This document shows, piece after piece, positions 1 to 13,232 of a stretch of 64,000 nucleotides of DNA; within the stretch, counting starts at the first letter, position 1; each line of letters begins with the position of its first letter. The translations under genes were made by a program, and so were the position numbers. Location of the stretch: the NCBI GenBank assembly GCA_028023455.1, contig JAQFVV010000001.1, positions 4,588,001-4,652,000 of the forward strand, read 5' to 3'. The stretch comes from Epiperipatus broadwayi. Lineage: Eukaryota > Animalia > Onychophora. The notes beneath the pieces were generated by a model. That model had not been told where the DNA came from. It saw nothing but the letters and a program-made list of their open reading frames with translations, and did no database searches.

Positions 1-2949
1 TTCATAAATTTCTATAAAGTTGCATGCTAATAATGATGTAGTTTAAAAATCACAAGAGAATGCATCAAATGAAAAAAACATATTTTGTATGAATTATATA
101 TTAAAATACATTTGCACATCTTGCAGGGGATGAGCATTAAGGAAATTTTTCAAATTTTTTGGAGAAAAGTTAGTATAAATAATAGCAAAAATTAGTAATG
201 ATTATTTAAATGAAAAATCAGAAGTAATTACTTTCGAGGCTGCAATGTGAATACTAGATTAAAAGAAGAATAAAAGCAAAAAAGCCTTGGATTAACAATT
301 AAATTACAGTGGTCCTGGGTCGTGGCATTAAGTGTTTGTGTGGATACTGAAATTTATGGATAATAATAAACTATATTTATTACTGTTTTTAATACATGTA
401 TAAATTGTTATATAAACTGCCTATACATGTTGAAAAATGTATGGTACACACACTTTTATGTGTGCATAAATGAACTGCGAAAAATATGTAAAAAATTAAT
501 TTTCTTAGTTATTTATTTGTTTGGGGTTTTTTTTAAGTCATGAATACAGAGAGTGGTGCTAATATTAAAAAAAGGTAAACAAAAGAGTAAAAGTTTGTAA
601 TTATAAGAAATTGTTATCCATCTATTCTACCAGTAAAATTAAGATGCAGACAGGTCCATCATGCTAATGGATCTTATATTATTAAATTTGTAGCAAAGAG
701 AATTGGGCAAAGACTGCAAACATTTGTTTTTGCAACAATGATCAGTAAAATAAATTTAGATTTAATAGTAATAAGTACTTTTAGTCTGTTTTCAATCTTT
801 ATAGTATTTATTTTTATTTATAAAGCTTTAAAGTAATCTCTTCCAATCTATGAGTAAAACACTTTTTTAAAAATTAGTTGTTTTTTTTTTAAAAGATTGC
901 CACTTACAGTTAGTTATGAGTTAAGGGCTCTCACTAATTATAACTAATATTATTATTAGTTATAATTAAGGAATTCAAGGTTTACTATTATTTTCAGTTT
1001 CTGTTTTAGTTTTTTAATCATAATCTGGGATTAATATATATGAATATCACTAACCTTTATATTTCTATATTAATTTGTGTTTGAAAATATGGAGATTTAG
1101 ATATTCTTTAATATAACATGCCTATTTATGATATTATTGAAGAAATGGAAGAAATATTCTATGAGAATTCATTATTTGCAGATTATATATATATGTTTGT
1201 ATGTAATTGGTCTTTGTTTTGGTGATTGATGCATACGTAAATATAATAATTAGAGAATTTTTAAGTATCCAGTCAGTAAGGATGTGCTCTTCTTTATTGT
1301 AAAGAGTATAAGAATTATGAAAATATAATACTAATTTACTGGTAAATATGTATATATTTTTTAACAATTATAGCAATTGAAGTTTTTTACTATACTTCAC
1401 AAATTGATACTTTTTATAAATGAATATTCAAATTAGTTAATTTGTTTGTAATTGATTCTGAAAAAGTTTCTTAAGTCTAAACTAACTCATATATTATCAT
1501 CTTTCTAGTATATTTTATTAAAATCTAGAGTAACTATTGTTATATTCCCACATTAAAGCATTTTATTCACCATCATCAAAAGAATAGTTAATAGTCAATT
1601 ATTCTTTTATTGCTTTTTTTAATGAAATACCTAATTAAATTTCAGTCTAAAAAAATTAATGCAAACTATTCTAAAAGTCTATTCAATAACTATTAATGAA
1701 AAAATGTGTGTGTGTGAGGAAGTGCAAGCCAATTTGCTACCACTAGCATTTAATCACTTGCTCAGAATAAAATAATGTTTTTTATCATCATTCATCTTGT
1801 TTATAAGTAAGAAATATATATTATTCTTATTGGGTGATAGTGACTATTTTTTTAGTTAATCTGCTGTAAATTTTTTAATTAGCATATTGACATTTGTTCC
1901 TCTCTGTATCTGCATAGACATAAATTTATTATTTACACCACTTGGCTATATTCATGTCTCAATGAATGGATTTTGACATAATAAAAAGAGAGAAGTTAAA
2001 ATTTAAAATTATTATTAAATGATGTTAAATGCACATCAAAAATGAAAATACTAACTTGATAAATTAATTTGCATAATTAGAAATAATTTTTAATCTTTAT
2101 ATATATATGTGTGTGTGTGTCATAATTATCTTGGCTGTATAGTTATCACTGGTTATGCATGCATTATAAACTGCCTTCTTAAAAATAGAGTAAATAGGCA
2201 ATAGAGAAATACAGTATAAACAAACAGTGTTTTGGTGGCTATATATCATTGCTTGTCAGCTCTTAACACAATTTGTTTTAAGTAGTTATTTTAGCCATTC
2301 TCTTAAGTATTAACATCAGTTTATTATATATATATATAATAAAACAATAATCATAATCTTTATTAAGATAATTATTAAATAATTTCCTGGTGTGCCCTTT
2401 TTTTATAATTAATATAAAATATTGTACAGATGATATATAAAAAATGGAGTTCAGGTTATTAAGTAATTCAAAACTCAATGAAACCATGTAATGGAATTCT
2501 TAAATTTTTTTTATTTGAGACTGTTGATGATTTTTAGGATGTTAGAATTCAGTACAATTCAGTGAGATTTTGCATAGAAAATAATAACATCTGAGTATAG
2601 TTTTTAGCTGACATCATCTGAAATTAGAAAATAACATTGCTGCTTCTTAATGTGTGATGGTAATTTTCTCTCTCTTTCTTTTGATATTTTTCAAGTTAGA
2701 ATGAAAATTTAAAATCAAGATTTAACATATTTTAAATTCAATAGAATTGCTTGAAAATTGATATATATCTAAGTTATATCAACCTAATTCATATGAAACT
2801 TTTTTTTCCAATATGTCAACTAGTTTGATAGATATGAAATGGAGGGTAGGAAAAATATGAAAAATATTTTTTCTTTCAATTTAAGAAGATTTTTAAACCA
2901 TTTCAAATTCTGAGTGTATATATCATATTTAGTATGTATACATAATTAT

Positions 2950-4110
2950 AATTTTTATAAGATTAGAAAAGGGTGGGTAATATGTTATATTATTTCTCTT
3001 CTAATTTGTTGTTGATATTAATTTTTTGGAAGAGGAAATTATTAAAAAGAATTGTTTATATTTGAAATTATTTTTTAGATATATGAATGATTGTTTGTTT
3101 GTAGTTGAGAATGATAAATTGAAAAAGTTAGTAAATGAGTTTAATTGTTTTGATTCTTCTATAAAATATGTGGTAGAAGGAGGGGAGTTAGATTTTGCTA
3201 AATTAAAATTTTTAGATCTTTTAGTGAAAGAAATGTAAAGAATAATTGTTTGGTATGTAATCATTATGTTAAGTGTAAAGAGTTATAGTCTATAATTAAA
3301 CCTAATAGCTATCAATCTGTATCTCGTAAAGTAGCTGCTTTAAGAAATTATTGTTATAGAAATAAGAGATTAAATAATTTTAGTGGGGTATCTTTGTTTC
3401 AAAAAATCAATTTTATAAAGATTATTTGAGTGTGGCTACTCTGATAAATTTGTTAAAAGTATTTTATTTAATAGTAATAAGATTTGTAATGATGTAAATG
3501 ATAAAGAAAAATATGATTTTATTTCTTTGCCATTTGAATTGTCTTCATATAAAATTGTATATAAAAATAGTAATTTGTTTGGAAATAAGAAAATTGCTTG
3601 GAAAGAGGGTATTACTTTGAATAATTCATTAAATAACATAAAGGAAATTTCTGATAGAAAGACTATTCCTAGAGCAGTGTATATTATCTTGTTTTTGTAA
3701 GAAGGTATATATAGGTCAGAGTAGTTTGAGCTTAAATGAAGGAATAAAAGTAAGGTTAGAAATAAATATCTTAGTTCTGCTTTATATATCCATGAAAAAG
3801 ATACACGCCACACTATTAATTTTGGTTAAGCTAAGGTTCTCTTTTTTGAGAGAAATAAAACGAAGAATTAAAGAATCTTTATTATTAAAAATTTATTATT
3901 CTGAAGCAATTAACTATTTAAGAGTTCTTTTAATATTAAGGGTGTGTCAGAAGTAAGTGGAATTGTAGGTAATATTTAGTTTAAATATATTATTTTGTAG
4001 TTCTTTACACTTGAATAGTCTGCTTGTAACTGTGAAACCATTGGTAGTGTTTTAGAGTTTATTTTCATGGCTAGTCTGTTTGAGTTATGAATTTGGGGTA
4101 ATTTTGATTA
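2950..4110 (+). mobile_element. Degraded Penelope-like element (RT C-terminal part plus GIY-YIG endonuclease remnant)
   Basis: ORF 3026-3238 reads FFRYMNDCLFVV...KFLDLLV, matching PLE RT motifs RYVDD and FLDxxV. Downstream frames give broken RAVYII.. and SALYIHEK.HTTINF..AKVL segments resembling the PLE GIY-YIG domain. Many stops; boundaries approximate. Confidence 0.65.
4007..4050 (+). ncRNA. Degenerate hammerhead-like motif at the 3' end of the PLE remnant
   Basis: ACAC-TTGAATA-(stem II remnant)-GAAA-CCATTGG-T-A-GTGT. Stem I (ACAC/GTGT), stem III and GAAA are present, but the CUGANGA core has two substitutions. Confidence 0.25.
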
Positions 4111-4342
4111 TAATTATATATATATATAATAAATCAGTAACTAAGTTTTCTATTTAAAACTGATTCTTTTTTTTTTTTAAAAAAAAAAAAAAAAGCTAAA
4201 CTGGAAAACTCACATTATTTAAAACAATTGTGAAAAGTTAAAAAAGATCATGAATTTTTTTTTTTAGCATCTTTTTTAAAACAACTGTTTTAAAATAAAA
4301 ATAAATGTATCAATTTAAATAGAAAACTTGGTTACTGATTTA

Positions 4343-5644
4343 CACCTGGGTCTCGTTTTACGCGGATTTATTTAACGCGTTTTTGAAGTTATGCGATTCA
4401 TGTTTCTTCAGAAGTCGAAATCCGATAATGTGCTATTACTTTAAATAATAAATTTTGCGCTCTTACGTTATATTGAAAGTAATAGCACATTATTGGAATT
4501 CGACTTTCATCTTAATAATTTCAATATTTTCAGTGCTTTATAATAGTAAGATTTTATGCAATAATTAAATTAAAATCATGATTTCCACATTTTATGTACA
4601 CACATTAAATTTTACAAAAACATTGTGCGTGTTAATTTTGCATTTTAAATCACATTCTGTTTTTGTTTTTTAAAAAAGAATGTAATCAATTATTAATCAT
4701 TTAGTGTCCGCAAGTTTATTTTTAAAAGGTGAGTAATAGCAGTAGGCACAATTAAATTTGACAATTAAAAATTATATCTGATTTTTAATTGTAATTAACA
4801 ATTTAAAAATTACTTAAGGCGACCTGAAATTAATGTGATGTGAAACAAAATTTGATTTTTAAACGGAATTGAAAATTAAAAAATTAAAGACAAAAATAAG
4901 AATTTAATTTTTAGTTGTTAGTTTTAATTAAATTTTTCCCAGCAGTGTAGAAAAAGATAATGAAACAGAAGTGGAACCTGTTCCTTTCACTGCAAAAATA
5001 ATTCGAGAAGATCTTCAACTTTCTAATCAGTTGGCAAATTATTTTCTTATTAATGACACTAATCACGAACGTGCTCTTAAATTCCAACGAGAGCTAAATG
5101 GTTGTATGTCTGGATATCGCGAGCTTCATAAACAATTAATAAAATCATCGTTTCAAAGATTAATTACTAATTACGTTGTCACCAGAAAACCATTAACACA
5201 ACATGAGAGTGAAGTTGGCGCTAGTTGTATTTCCTCTTGTGAAGAATCTGATTTTTTACCAGTTTGCAAACGAACCTGTTTATTGGCAAATAGCAATAAT
5301 AATTAAAACCTGCATAAAAAATATAAATTACTGTACTGTAAATTATGCATAAAAATATATTGTTTTGAATAAAATTAAATATTATAGTTAAAAAAAGTTT
5401 GTCTTGTATCAATTTTTTTCAAATTTGAAATTTTTTATAAATCATATTTTATTTCCTTATTATTTTTTTTTTTTTGCACGAATTTTAAAGTAATTTTACA
5501 TTGGTGCTTTGTTTTTATGCGATTTTTGAAAAATCACAGTCCATATCCCCCCTTTTTCAAGGTAAGTTACATCTATTTTTGTGCGATTTCTTTTGCGCAT
5601 GTTTTCTGAGGAACCTATCTATTGCGTAAAACGAGACCCAGGTG
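4343..5644 (+). mobile_element. Non-autonomous pogo/Tigger-like (Tc1/mariner superfamily) deletion derivative, 1302 bp
   Basis: Perfect 21-bp TIRs CACCTGGGTCTCGTTTTACGC (4343-4363) and its reverse complement (5624-5644), with TA on both sides (4341-42, 5645-46). Confidence 0.9.
4971..5306 (+). pseudogene. C-terminal fragment of a pogo/Tigger transposase
   Basis: ORF track DTNHERALKFQRELNGCMSGYRELHKQ..FQRLITNY resembles the Tigger C-terminal tail; it lies inside the TIR pair; no DDD domain remains. Confidence 0.65.
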
Positions 5645-6059
5645 TATTTTGCATATATAATTATCTACACACTAAATTTAGTATATATATTAAGAGTATA
5701 AAATAGAAATTCATATATAACATTAAGAGTATATTGTAGCCCTCCTCCAACACCAATCCTACATCTTTTACAAATACCGGGGGGGGGGCAATTCTATTGA
5801 TAATAGAATAAACTACTAATCTTGAGTCACTATGGAGACTCTTAGAATAATTTCCAACTATAGCTTAGCTCAGTGGGGGGCCATAGAGTTCCATAATATA
5901 TAAAATGCAGGAGAAAATATTATGAATCAATAAGAGTAAAATATCTACTTGGTTTTGCAATAAATAAGTAGTTGAAATTGATAATGTTCCATCCATCCAA
6001 ACTAATAAGTTATTGTTCAAATTTAGTTCTTCCCATAGTCTAGGTCAAAACAATGATAT

Positions 6060-6210
6060 GGCACTAATCAGCTTTTTACTGTATGTTAAGTTTAAATTAA
6101 ATAAAACAAAGATATATCACTAATCAACTTTTACTGTAGAATAAATTCAAATTAAATAAAACAAAGATGTAGCACTAATTAACTTTTGCTATATGATAAG
6201 TTTAAATCAA
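6060..6210. repeat. ~56-bp imperfect tandem repeat, about 2.7 units
   Basis: Unit CACTAATCAACTTTTACTGTA...AAATTAAATAAAACAAAGAT recurs at ~6062, ~6118 and ~6173. Confidence 0.75.
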
Positions 6211-6857
6211 ATGACTAAATTAATATCTACTTTGAAACAATAAGGGTTTTATTATATAACTTATTTAAACATTCATACTATATAATAGCTACCAATTACC
6301 ATCATAAAAGGTAACGACATAAAAGTGTGTATTATTCTAATGAGATAGCAGTTAGATAATGAAATAAATAGGGTACCTTTTTATTTCAAATCATTATCCA
6401 AAGAATAACTAAGTACATAAACTTTCCCAGAAGTTCATCAAACAATTCAAGCATTTCATATAATGATTGGATTGAGAAAATAATATCAGATCTGAACATG
6501 TTCATTATTAAATTCATGAAATAGTGCAATTATGTCATATTGGATATGTAGGTGTGGAAACTAAGAATACGAATGCATGTAAAAGAACAATTCTTTAAAA
6601 AGTTTAAAATAAATGAAACATTTATTACATTATGTAACCAAAATAAATACAATCAGTTTATATTAGGATCAGAGTTTCAGAGATTTATTGATTATAATTC
6701 CTAAATTTACAAATTTATTTTGCAGGACTTGATATCTGATATTTATATTTTTCTTCTCTTTTCTTTTTTTATATTCCAGAACTCATAACTTTATTTTATT
6801 ATACACTCCTGTAACACAAACTGACAAAATGAAGTAATACCTTTACATCCTTACTTC

Positions 6858-6884
6858 ATATATATATATATATATATATATATA
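6858..6884. repeat. (TA)n microsatellite
   Basis: Directly visible run. Confidence 0.9.
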
Positions 6885-9800
6885 CTATCAGCTAATTCTA
6901 ACATCCTTTGTCAACCAAACCAACACTGGGGTAATTAAACAATGCAATATGGATCTGAACATATGAGTTTGAGAGGTCACATTGCCCTTTATGTGTCAAT
7001 TGAGCAATTCTATTAATTAGCTACACTTCCTTTTTTTGTTTACTCATTCAAGATGAGGATGAATCATTTTGAGGATTTGATGATTTAAAAGTTAAAATAA
7101 ATTAGTATGATACCATTTGAAATATTTACCCAAGACTTATAAATCTAGTGATAAGTTTCTTCCGTGCTTCTGTATTATGCCACATGTTATAATATAATCA
7201 ACATAGCTACATCCCATCGGTTTGCTTATGAAATTAAGAGATAAAATATAATACGGATAATGCCATGGACCAACCAATGACTTTAGCACTACTTCTGCTT
7301 TAGATGCTCCATAAAAGAAATTAATCCTACCATTTGCTTTAATCGACAAACTATATTACACATAGCTATGACTATACAATGAAAACATTCCAAAATGGTC
7401 AGATGAGGGACAAAAAGACCTTAATTCTACTAATCTAAACGACAAAATATAGTGACTCCCTAACCTTACTCAGAGGTTCAATATTGGTATGGATTTAGTC
7501 TCATCACCAAAAACAAGGGAAATACACACTTTATATAATATAATCATCATAATGCACTAATGCTTAATCTAGGAAGTATAATCCACTCATGATAAGTATT
7601 TAAATAAATTAAGGGAGAGTTTTCTCAATCCCTGACAATATAATATACATCCATAATGATTTCTTTCCTTATAGCTACTTAACACATTTCATTCTAAACA
7701 TAGAAAAAAAAAAAATTCGTTCATAGATAAATTCCTAATTCTTTCATCTCTTTTGGCATATTGCATCATCTGAAACCGATCAGGAAAAATAGTCAAGCGA
7801 ATATAAATTTAACAATTATATAAATGAATCCCACAAAACAGGCACACATATGCATAACATGCACAAAACAATTTCAAATCATATTCAATACATAAATATT
7901 ATACTAACATTAACCAATAAATCAAAAATAAATCTTTAATTTATGACGAATTATAAATGCTTCAAATTTTTAAGTATAACATTTGTTATTAAATAGACTT
8001 CATCATTTCTAACAACGCAAAGATAAAACAATATATTTTTATGCATTTACCCCTCTTTAAATTAGCTGCTATCTTCATAATAGCAAATAAATACTTCTAC
8101 CGCTAACATAAGCATGTAGAATACATATACTTAAAAAAAATTATATCAAAATTACAATCAATTACCATAATACTTTTCATATTATACATATCCGAGATGA
8201 TCTTGGAGCAAAAGAAAATAATAATAAAAAAAAAACATAGTCAAATAAATTGATCTACCTATCTACCATACACTAACAACAAGAGAAATGATTAAATCTT
8301 CTTTAGCTGGAAAATAAAAGTTCATTCGTATAGTCTATAAATAATGCCTCTTAGAATATATGAAGATAATGATAATAATTACAAAATGAATAAATATTAG
8401 TAGAAATATAGACAAATTCCCGCAGGTCGGACAATACGCATTTTGGATCCAATTGAGCAGTTTCCAAAGTTATTAGCAAATAGCTAATTGAAATTGCTGA
8501 CAATATAACATGCGGAGTATACAACATATTTTTTCTTCATAATGACAAATTATGTTCACTGCTGCAGATTTCTAGTAATATTTTATCATTTAATTGCCTG
8601 GTGGTTTCGCAGTTTTATAACTCAGCAATCAGTCTCGCAAATTTCAAAAGGAGCATTAGTTTTCCACCAATTAGCATTGACTATAAAATTACATTTATCA
8701 AGAAATTCATTATACTTTATCAAAGGCCATCCATTAGGCAAATAATTAATTAATTTATGATATTCACTTAAGTCTACATAATTATTTAAATGACAGTATA
8801 TTTTAGTGATATGTTAAATATCAACGAGGAGAACAATAAGAAAATGTACACATAATATTCATGCTCTTCCACTCATGTTAAATTAAAAGCATATTTAATA
8901 GAGGTTAGTTGTTCATTAGTTTTATATAAGCCGTGCGTTCAATTCCTTAATCCTAGAAGATATGAATGGTTAGATATAATTCTCATCCAATAATAATTTA
9001 TGGCATGTTATACTAAGTTAGACACACATCCTTCCATTTGAGTTTTACTTTTTTATAGCCAGAATTTTTTTAATCTAGAATTTATGAAATGTTTTGTTAA
9101 AAAGTTCAGCATAATTTTTCCCATAAAATAGCAAAATTCATACAATTCCATTTTTTCTTTAATACTGAAGATTAAGGTTGGGAAAGTTAAACTTGAGTTA
9201 TAGACGCACATATGCATTTTAAATGATATTAAATCTAAAGTTAGCTAATTGAAAACATAGAGGGATATATCTTGCTTGAGTTGATAATGTTCTCATCCTT
9301 TTTTTGTATTCCAAAGAAAAATTTTTAAGTAGTTTCATATGAGAAAAATAATACTTAAAAAAAAGTTGTACTTTTGAATTTAAATTGAATATTAACCGCT
9401 TGATTTTGGAAGAAGAGAGAGAGAACTGTAATAAAAGACTACTTTCTTATAGATTATTCTCTTTTTTATTACTGATTATTGCTTAGATATCAATTTCTCC
9501 CACCAATCAAGAGGTTACTCCCCCCAAAGGTCAATCCCACCCTTTGCACTAAGATAATTAGCTAGAAATATTCAATAACTTTTTTCTCTCTTGAAAAAAA
9601 AATTCTGTCTTCTAAATAATATTAATCAAATTGAATCAATAAAAAATACTTTTTACATTCTTAAATAAAAAATAATTATTTAGCAAATAAATTAGTTGAT
9701 AGTGTATTTGTTTTGCCTAACAATTCACCGATCCATCCACCCATTAATCACTTAATATGTGTTTAAATTGGTTATCAAAGATATGTATTATAAATTTAAA

Positions 9801-10605
9801 TATTTCACTGTAAAACAATATTCTCTATCATAACCAAATACATGAGTGATGATGAAGTTGTAAGATGGCACAAACATACTTGCACATGCATATGCTGCAC
9901 TATAAATACTAAACCAATCGGATCAAAATAGAAGCCTATGTGACCATGAGTCAAACTAACTATGCTATGAACTGGAGTATCAATGAGCAAATAAACCAGA
10001 AAATCACTAAACAAATAACCACTGTCTTACAGACAAATCTGTATCAACTCAACTTATACACTAACAGTTTCTGTGACAAGTCACCCCCGTTTCTATCATT
10101 AAATACCCATCAAAGAAAGACTAAATGTCTTAAAACTTTAATATCTGTAAGTAACTTTCTAATAAGGTTATGGATTATTAATGGAAAAAAATTTTAAATT
10201 TCATGTTATTTCACTTTTTTTAGCTAAACACAATTAGTTATTACTGATACAGTGCTATCTACTTAAAATTTGTTTCTTGTGTCCATTTAGAAGGTCACAA
10301 TGTGTGTATATATTAATTTATTGCAGAAATATCTAATGATTTAACATATACTATATGTGTGATTTGATTTCAAGTAAATTATATGTATTAAATTAAGTTC
10401 ATTTACAATATATACACATGTATTATTATGTACGTACACACACACATATATATGTATAAAGGGTATACATTCTTACTTATATCTAGTGATATATATATCA
10501 AATATAATTGTGCAGTCAATTTAAAGTATGACGTAGTTGTACATTTTTGTTCATTGTGTTAATACTAAAAACTTAAAAATAATAGAGATAATTTATATAT
10601 ATATA

Positions 10606-10871
10606 TTAAATGCTTTTATTGACTGTGCACAAAAAAGAAATAAAATAATTGTTTCTTCAATCTCAATTGGAGTTTTTAGATTTAGCTTGAAATAAAAGCA
10701 TGGATGATCCACAAATTAATTAAGTCAAGCTCTATTTTTTATAACAAGAGATTGACTTAATTAATTTCTGGATCCTCCATGTTCTTATTTCAAATTAAAT
10801 CTAAAAACTACAATTGTTGAAGAAACAATTATTTTATTTATTTTTAGTGCACAATCAATAAAAGCATTTAA
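10606..10871. mobile_element. Foldback / MITE-like hairpin element (~266 bp)
   Basis: Arms 10606-10728 and 10752-10871 are imperfect reverse complements (for example AAATAAAATAATTGTTTCTTCAA / TTGAAGAAACAATTATTTTATTT), with a 23-nt loop and TTAA at both outer ends. Confidence 0.75.
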
Positions 10872-11584
10872 TAAAAAATTTATTTTTATCAACAATTTTA
10901 TAAATAATTTGTTTTCTTTTAGTTATATATTTTTTTCTTGTTACTATATGATGCATTTAATAAGTTAGCCTTTTTTTTTCTTTTATAACCATAAATTATT
11001 TTAAAATTAATTTATTTTTATTCAAGAAATATACCAATGAAAAGATGTAAAAAAATGAATGAAATGTTAGTGAAGATTTTATTTAAAAAAGATAAATAAA
11101 TTATTTTTTGTTTGTTTTTGTAAATAAAAAATGTATTAAGAAAAATGTGAATATAATATTAATAATGTCAGTAATTGTGCCGTAGTTCCAGTTAAATTTG
11201 TCAATGTTTCTTGTATAAGAACTGTATTCCATTATTCTGATTCAATATTTGTTTGGGGGATGGGGGCAGAAGGAGAGTGGGGCAAAATTGCCTGGGAATT
11301 CATTAGTCGTATTTAGACACTGACTTTGAAAGTAAATGATGTCAATTTAAAAACTGCTTTATGCAATTTAGTACAATAGTATAAAATAATGGACCAAGAA
11401 CTAAAGATAAAAAATCCTCAGTGTTTTCCTGAAGGTTTGTGATAGTGGTGTTCTAGATGTATTTTTATATTGGACTATTTCCATCATCTAATATGTGTAT
11501 TGAATGTCTTTAGAAAAATTTAACTTTATTTAAATATTCCAAATACTTTCAACTGCTAGTAATAGCACATCAAACAGGTTAGTA

Positions 11585-11636
11585 TATGCATAACATTTCG
11601 AGAGGTATTATTTTCTCCTTTTCTTCAGATGTTGCT
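11585..11636 (-). ncRNA. Minimal hammerhead-like core in the PLE 3' region (family 1)
   Basis: Minus strand reads GCAACAT-CTGAAGA-A-AAGGAGAAAATAATACCTCTC-GAAA-TGTTATG. Both conserved boxes are present around a stem II remnant; stems I and III are short and mutated. Confidence 0.5.
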
Positions 11637-11654
11637 GGCCTGACCAGTGATAAT

Positions 11655-11739
11655 ACTAGCATGGGATTCGAACCTGGATCCTTAGATTCTTGAATATTGA
11701 ATTTTAAGGTAACGCTCTAACCAACTGAGCCATCCTGCC
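11655..11739 (-). promoter_or_regulatory. tRNA-derived segment with Pol III A and B boxes inside the PLE
   Basis: GGCAGGATGGCTCAGTTGGTTAGAGCGT...GGTTCGAATCCCATGCTAG. A box TGGCTCAGTTGG, B box GGTTCGAATCC. The anticodon arm is replaced by AT-rich sequence, so this is not a functional tRNA. Confidence 0.8.
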
Positions 11740-12211
11740 AAAAGCAACAGTCTAGAAATTTCATATACTTATCTGTGAAGTTTCTCCTGATTCTCCACAT
11801 TTTCATAAGAGCAAAGTTGATTAATGGTTTTCATACATTATGTATTGTCACACTAGGTTGGCTTATGGGATTTTTTGCCATTGTCATGTGAGCAGCTTCT
11901 TTAAAAAAAATTTTTGTAGCTTTTCTTCTCTATCCAATATTTTTGTATGTTCCCAATTGAACATATGTTCATTGGCACATATGTGGTCTGCTACCTTAGA
12001 CACATCTGTTCTCTCTTTTCTAATCATCAGTTTGTGTTCTTGCAAGCGTTTTTCAATGGGAGCCTGGTCCCACCAATATATGTTCTTCCACATTCATATG
12101 GTATTTTATAGATGCAGTTTTTTCTTTTCAGCATTTCAAGTTTAGGCTTTGTAGATGTTAGAATTTCTCATAGTGTGGTATGGCTCTGGAAAGCTGTTCT
12201 GATGTTCTATA

Positions 12212-13232
12212 GTTTACCAAAAACCTACACATACAGGAAAATACCTACCCTATACATCCAATCACACCAGAAACATAAAACATGGAGTTATACTATCACT
12301 ATGGAGCAGAGCAAAAGAGTTTACAGAAATCAGCGATTTTGAAAAAGATCTATATAGAACAAACTCTTAGTTTATTCATCAACTGTTATTAAGAAAACAT
12401 TAACTAGACAACAAAAAGAACCATCAAGAAAAAAGACAATTATTGGTACTGTAGTGTATCCATACATTCCAAAAATAAACAAATTAAGGAAAATCTACAA
12501 TCAGTATAACATCAGATCAGCTTTTCAGAACTATACCACACCATGAGGAATTTCTAACATCTACGAAGCTTAAACTTGAAATGCTGAAAAGAAAAAAAAC
12601 TCCATCTATGAAATACCCATGTGAATATGGAAGAACATATATTGGTGAGACCAGTCATCCCATTGAAAAGTGCTTGCAAGAACACAAACTGATGATGAGA
12701 AAAAAGAAAACATGTCTAGGGTAGTAGACCATGTATGTGCCAATTAAAATATGTTCAATTGGGAAAATAGAATAATATTGGATAGAGTAGAAAAGACACA
12801 AAGAAGAAAATTTAAAAAAGTTGTTCACATGACAATGGCAAATAATCCCATAAGCCAACCTAGTGTGACTATACATAATGTATGGAAACCACTAATCAAC
12901 TTTGCTCTTAGGAAAAAGTGGAGAAATCAGGAGGAAACTTCATAGATAAGTATATGAAATTTCTACAGACTGTTGCCTTTGGCAGGTTGGCTCAGTTGGT
13001 TAGAGTGTTACATTAAAATTCAATATTCAAGAATCTAAGGGTTCAGGTTCGAAACCCATGCTAGTACTGTCACTGGTCAGGCCATCAACACCTGAAGAAG
13101 AGGGGAGAATGCTATTACTAACAGTTGAATGTATTAGGAATATTTAAATAAAATTAAATTTTTTCTAAAGATATTCATTCAATAGGCATATTAGATGATG
13201 GAAATAATCCAGTATAAAAATATAAATAAAAA
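12212..13232 (+). mobile_element. Penelope-like element, direct 5'-truncated copy (RT thumb, GIY-YIG, 3' noncoding region)
   Basis: Starts VYQKPTHTGKYLPYTSNH..KHGVILSLWSRAK (PLE motif VYRKPTHT..YL). Later IPCEYGRTYIGET (GIY-YIG YIG motif) and FNWENRIILDRVEK. Frameshifted. Confidence 0.85.
12981..13066 (+). promoter_or_regulatory. tRNA-derived segment with Pol III A and B boxes (second copy)
   Basis: GGCAGGTTGGCTCAGTTGGTTAGAGTGT...GGTTCGAAACCCATGCTAGTA, followed by CTGAAGA at 13092-13098; the GAAA half of the core is deleted in this copy. Confidence 0.8.

Larger units (their letters stand above)
5700..8750 (-). mobile_element. Possible highly degraded Gypsy-like remnant
   Basis: Minus strand 7233-7210 translates FHKQTDGM, close to the integrase motif YHPQTDG. 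Surrounding DNA has the strand skew of decayed coding sequence. No other motif is clear; boundaries are guesses. Confidence 0.25.
11424..12206 (-). mobile_element. Penelope-like element, inverted 5'-truncated copy (GIY-YIG plus 3' noncoding region)
   Basis: ORF 11884-12093 (..LQEHKL..SKVADHICANEHMFNWEHTKILDREEK) is PLE GIY-YIG-like. The segment is the reverse complement of ~12495-13232. Confidence 0.85.

Noticed and set aside
6060-6210. CRISPR-like array here or at other short repeats
   Set aside because: Units are contiguous with no unique spacers, no cas genes are present, and the context is eukaryotic.
11655-11739. Functional (possibly intron-containing) tRNA genes here and at 12981 and 53068
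   Set aside because: There is no anticodon stem, the acceptor and T stems are mismatched, and all copies sit within a repeat; these are tRNA-derived promoters only.
12112-12206. LGFVDVRI in ORF 12112-12342 as the PLE FLDV motif
   Set aside because: These bases are the reverse complement of ~12495-12600, i.e. the antisense of the inverted copy; true plus-strand PLE sequence begins at ~12212.
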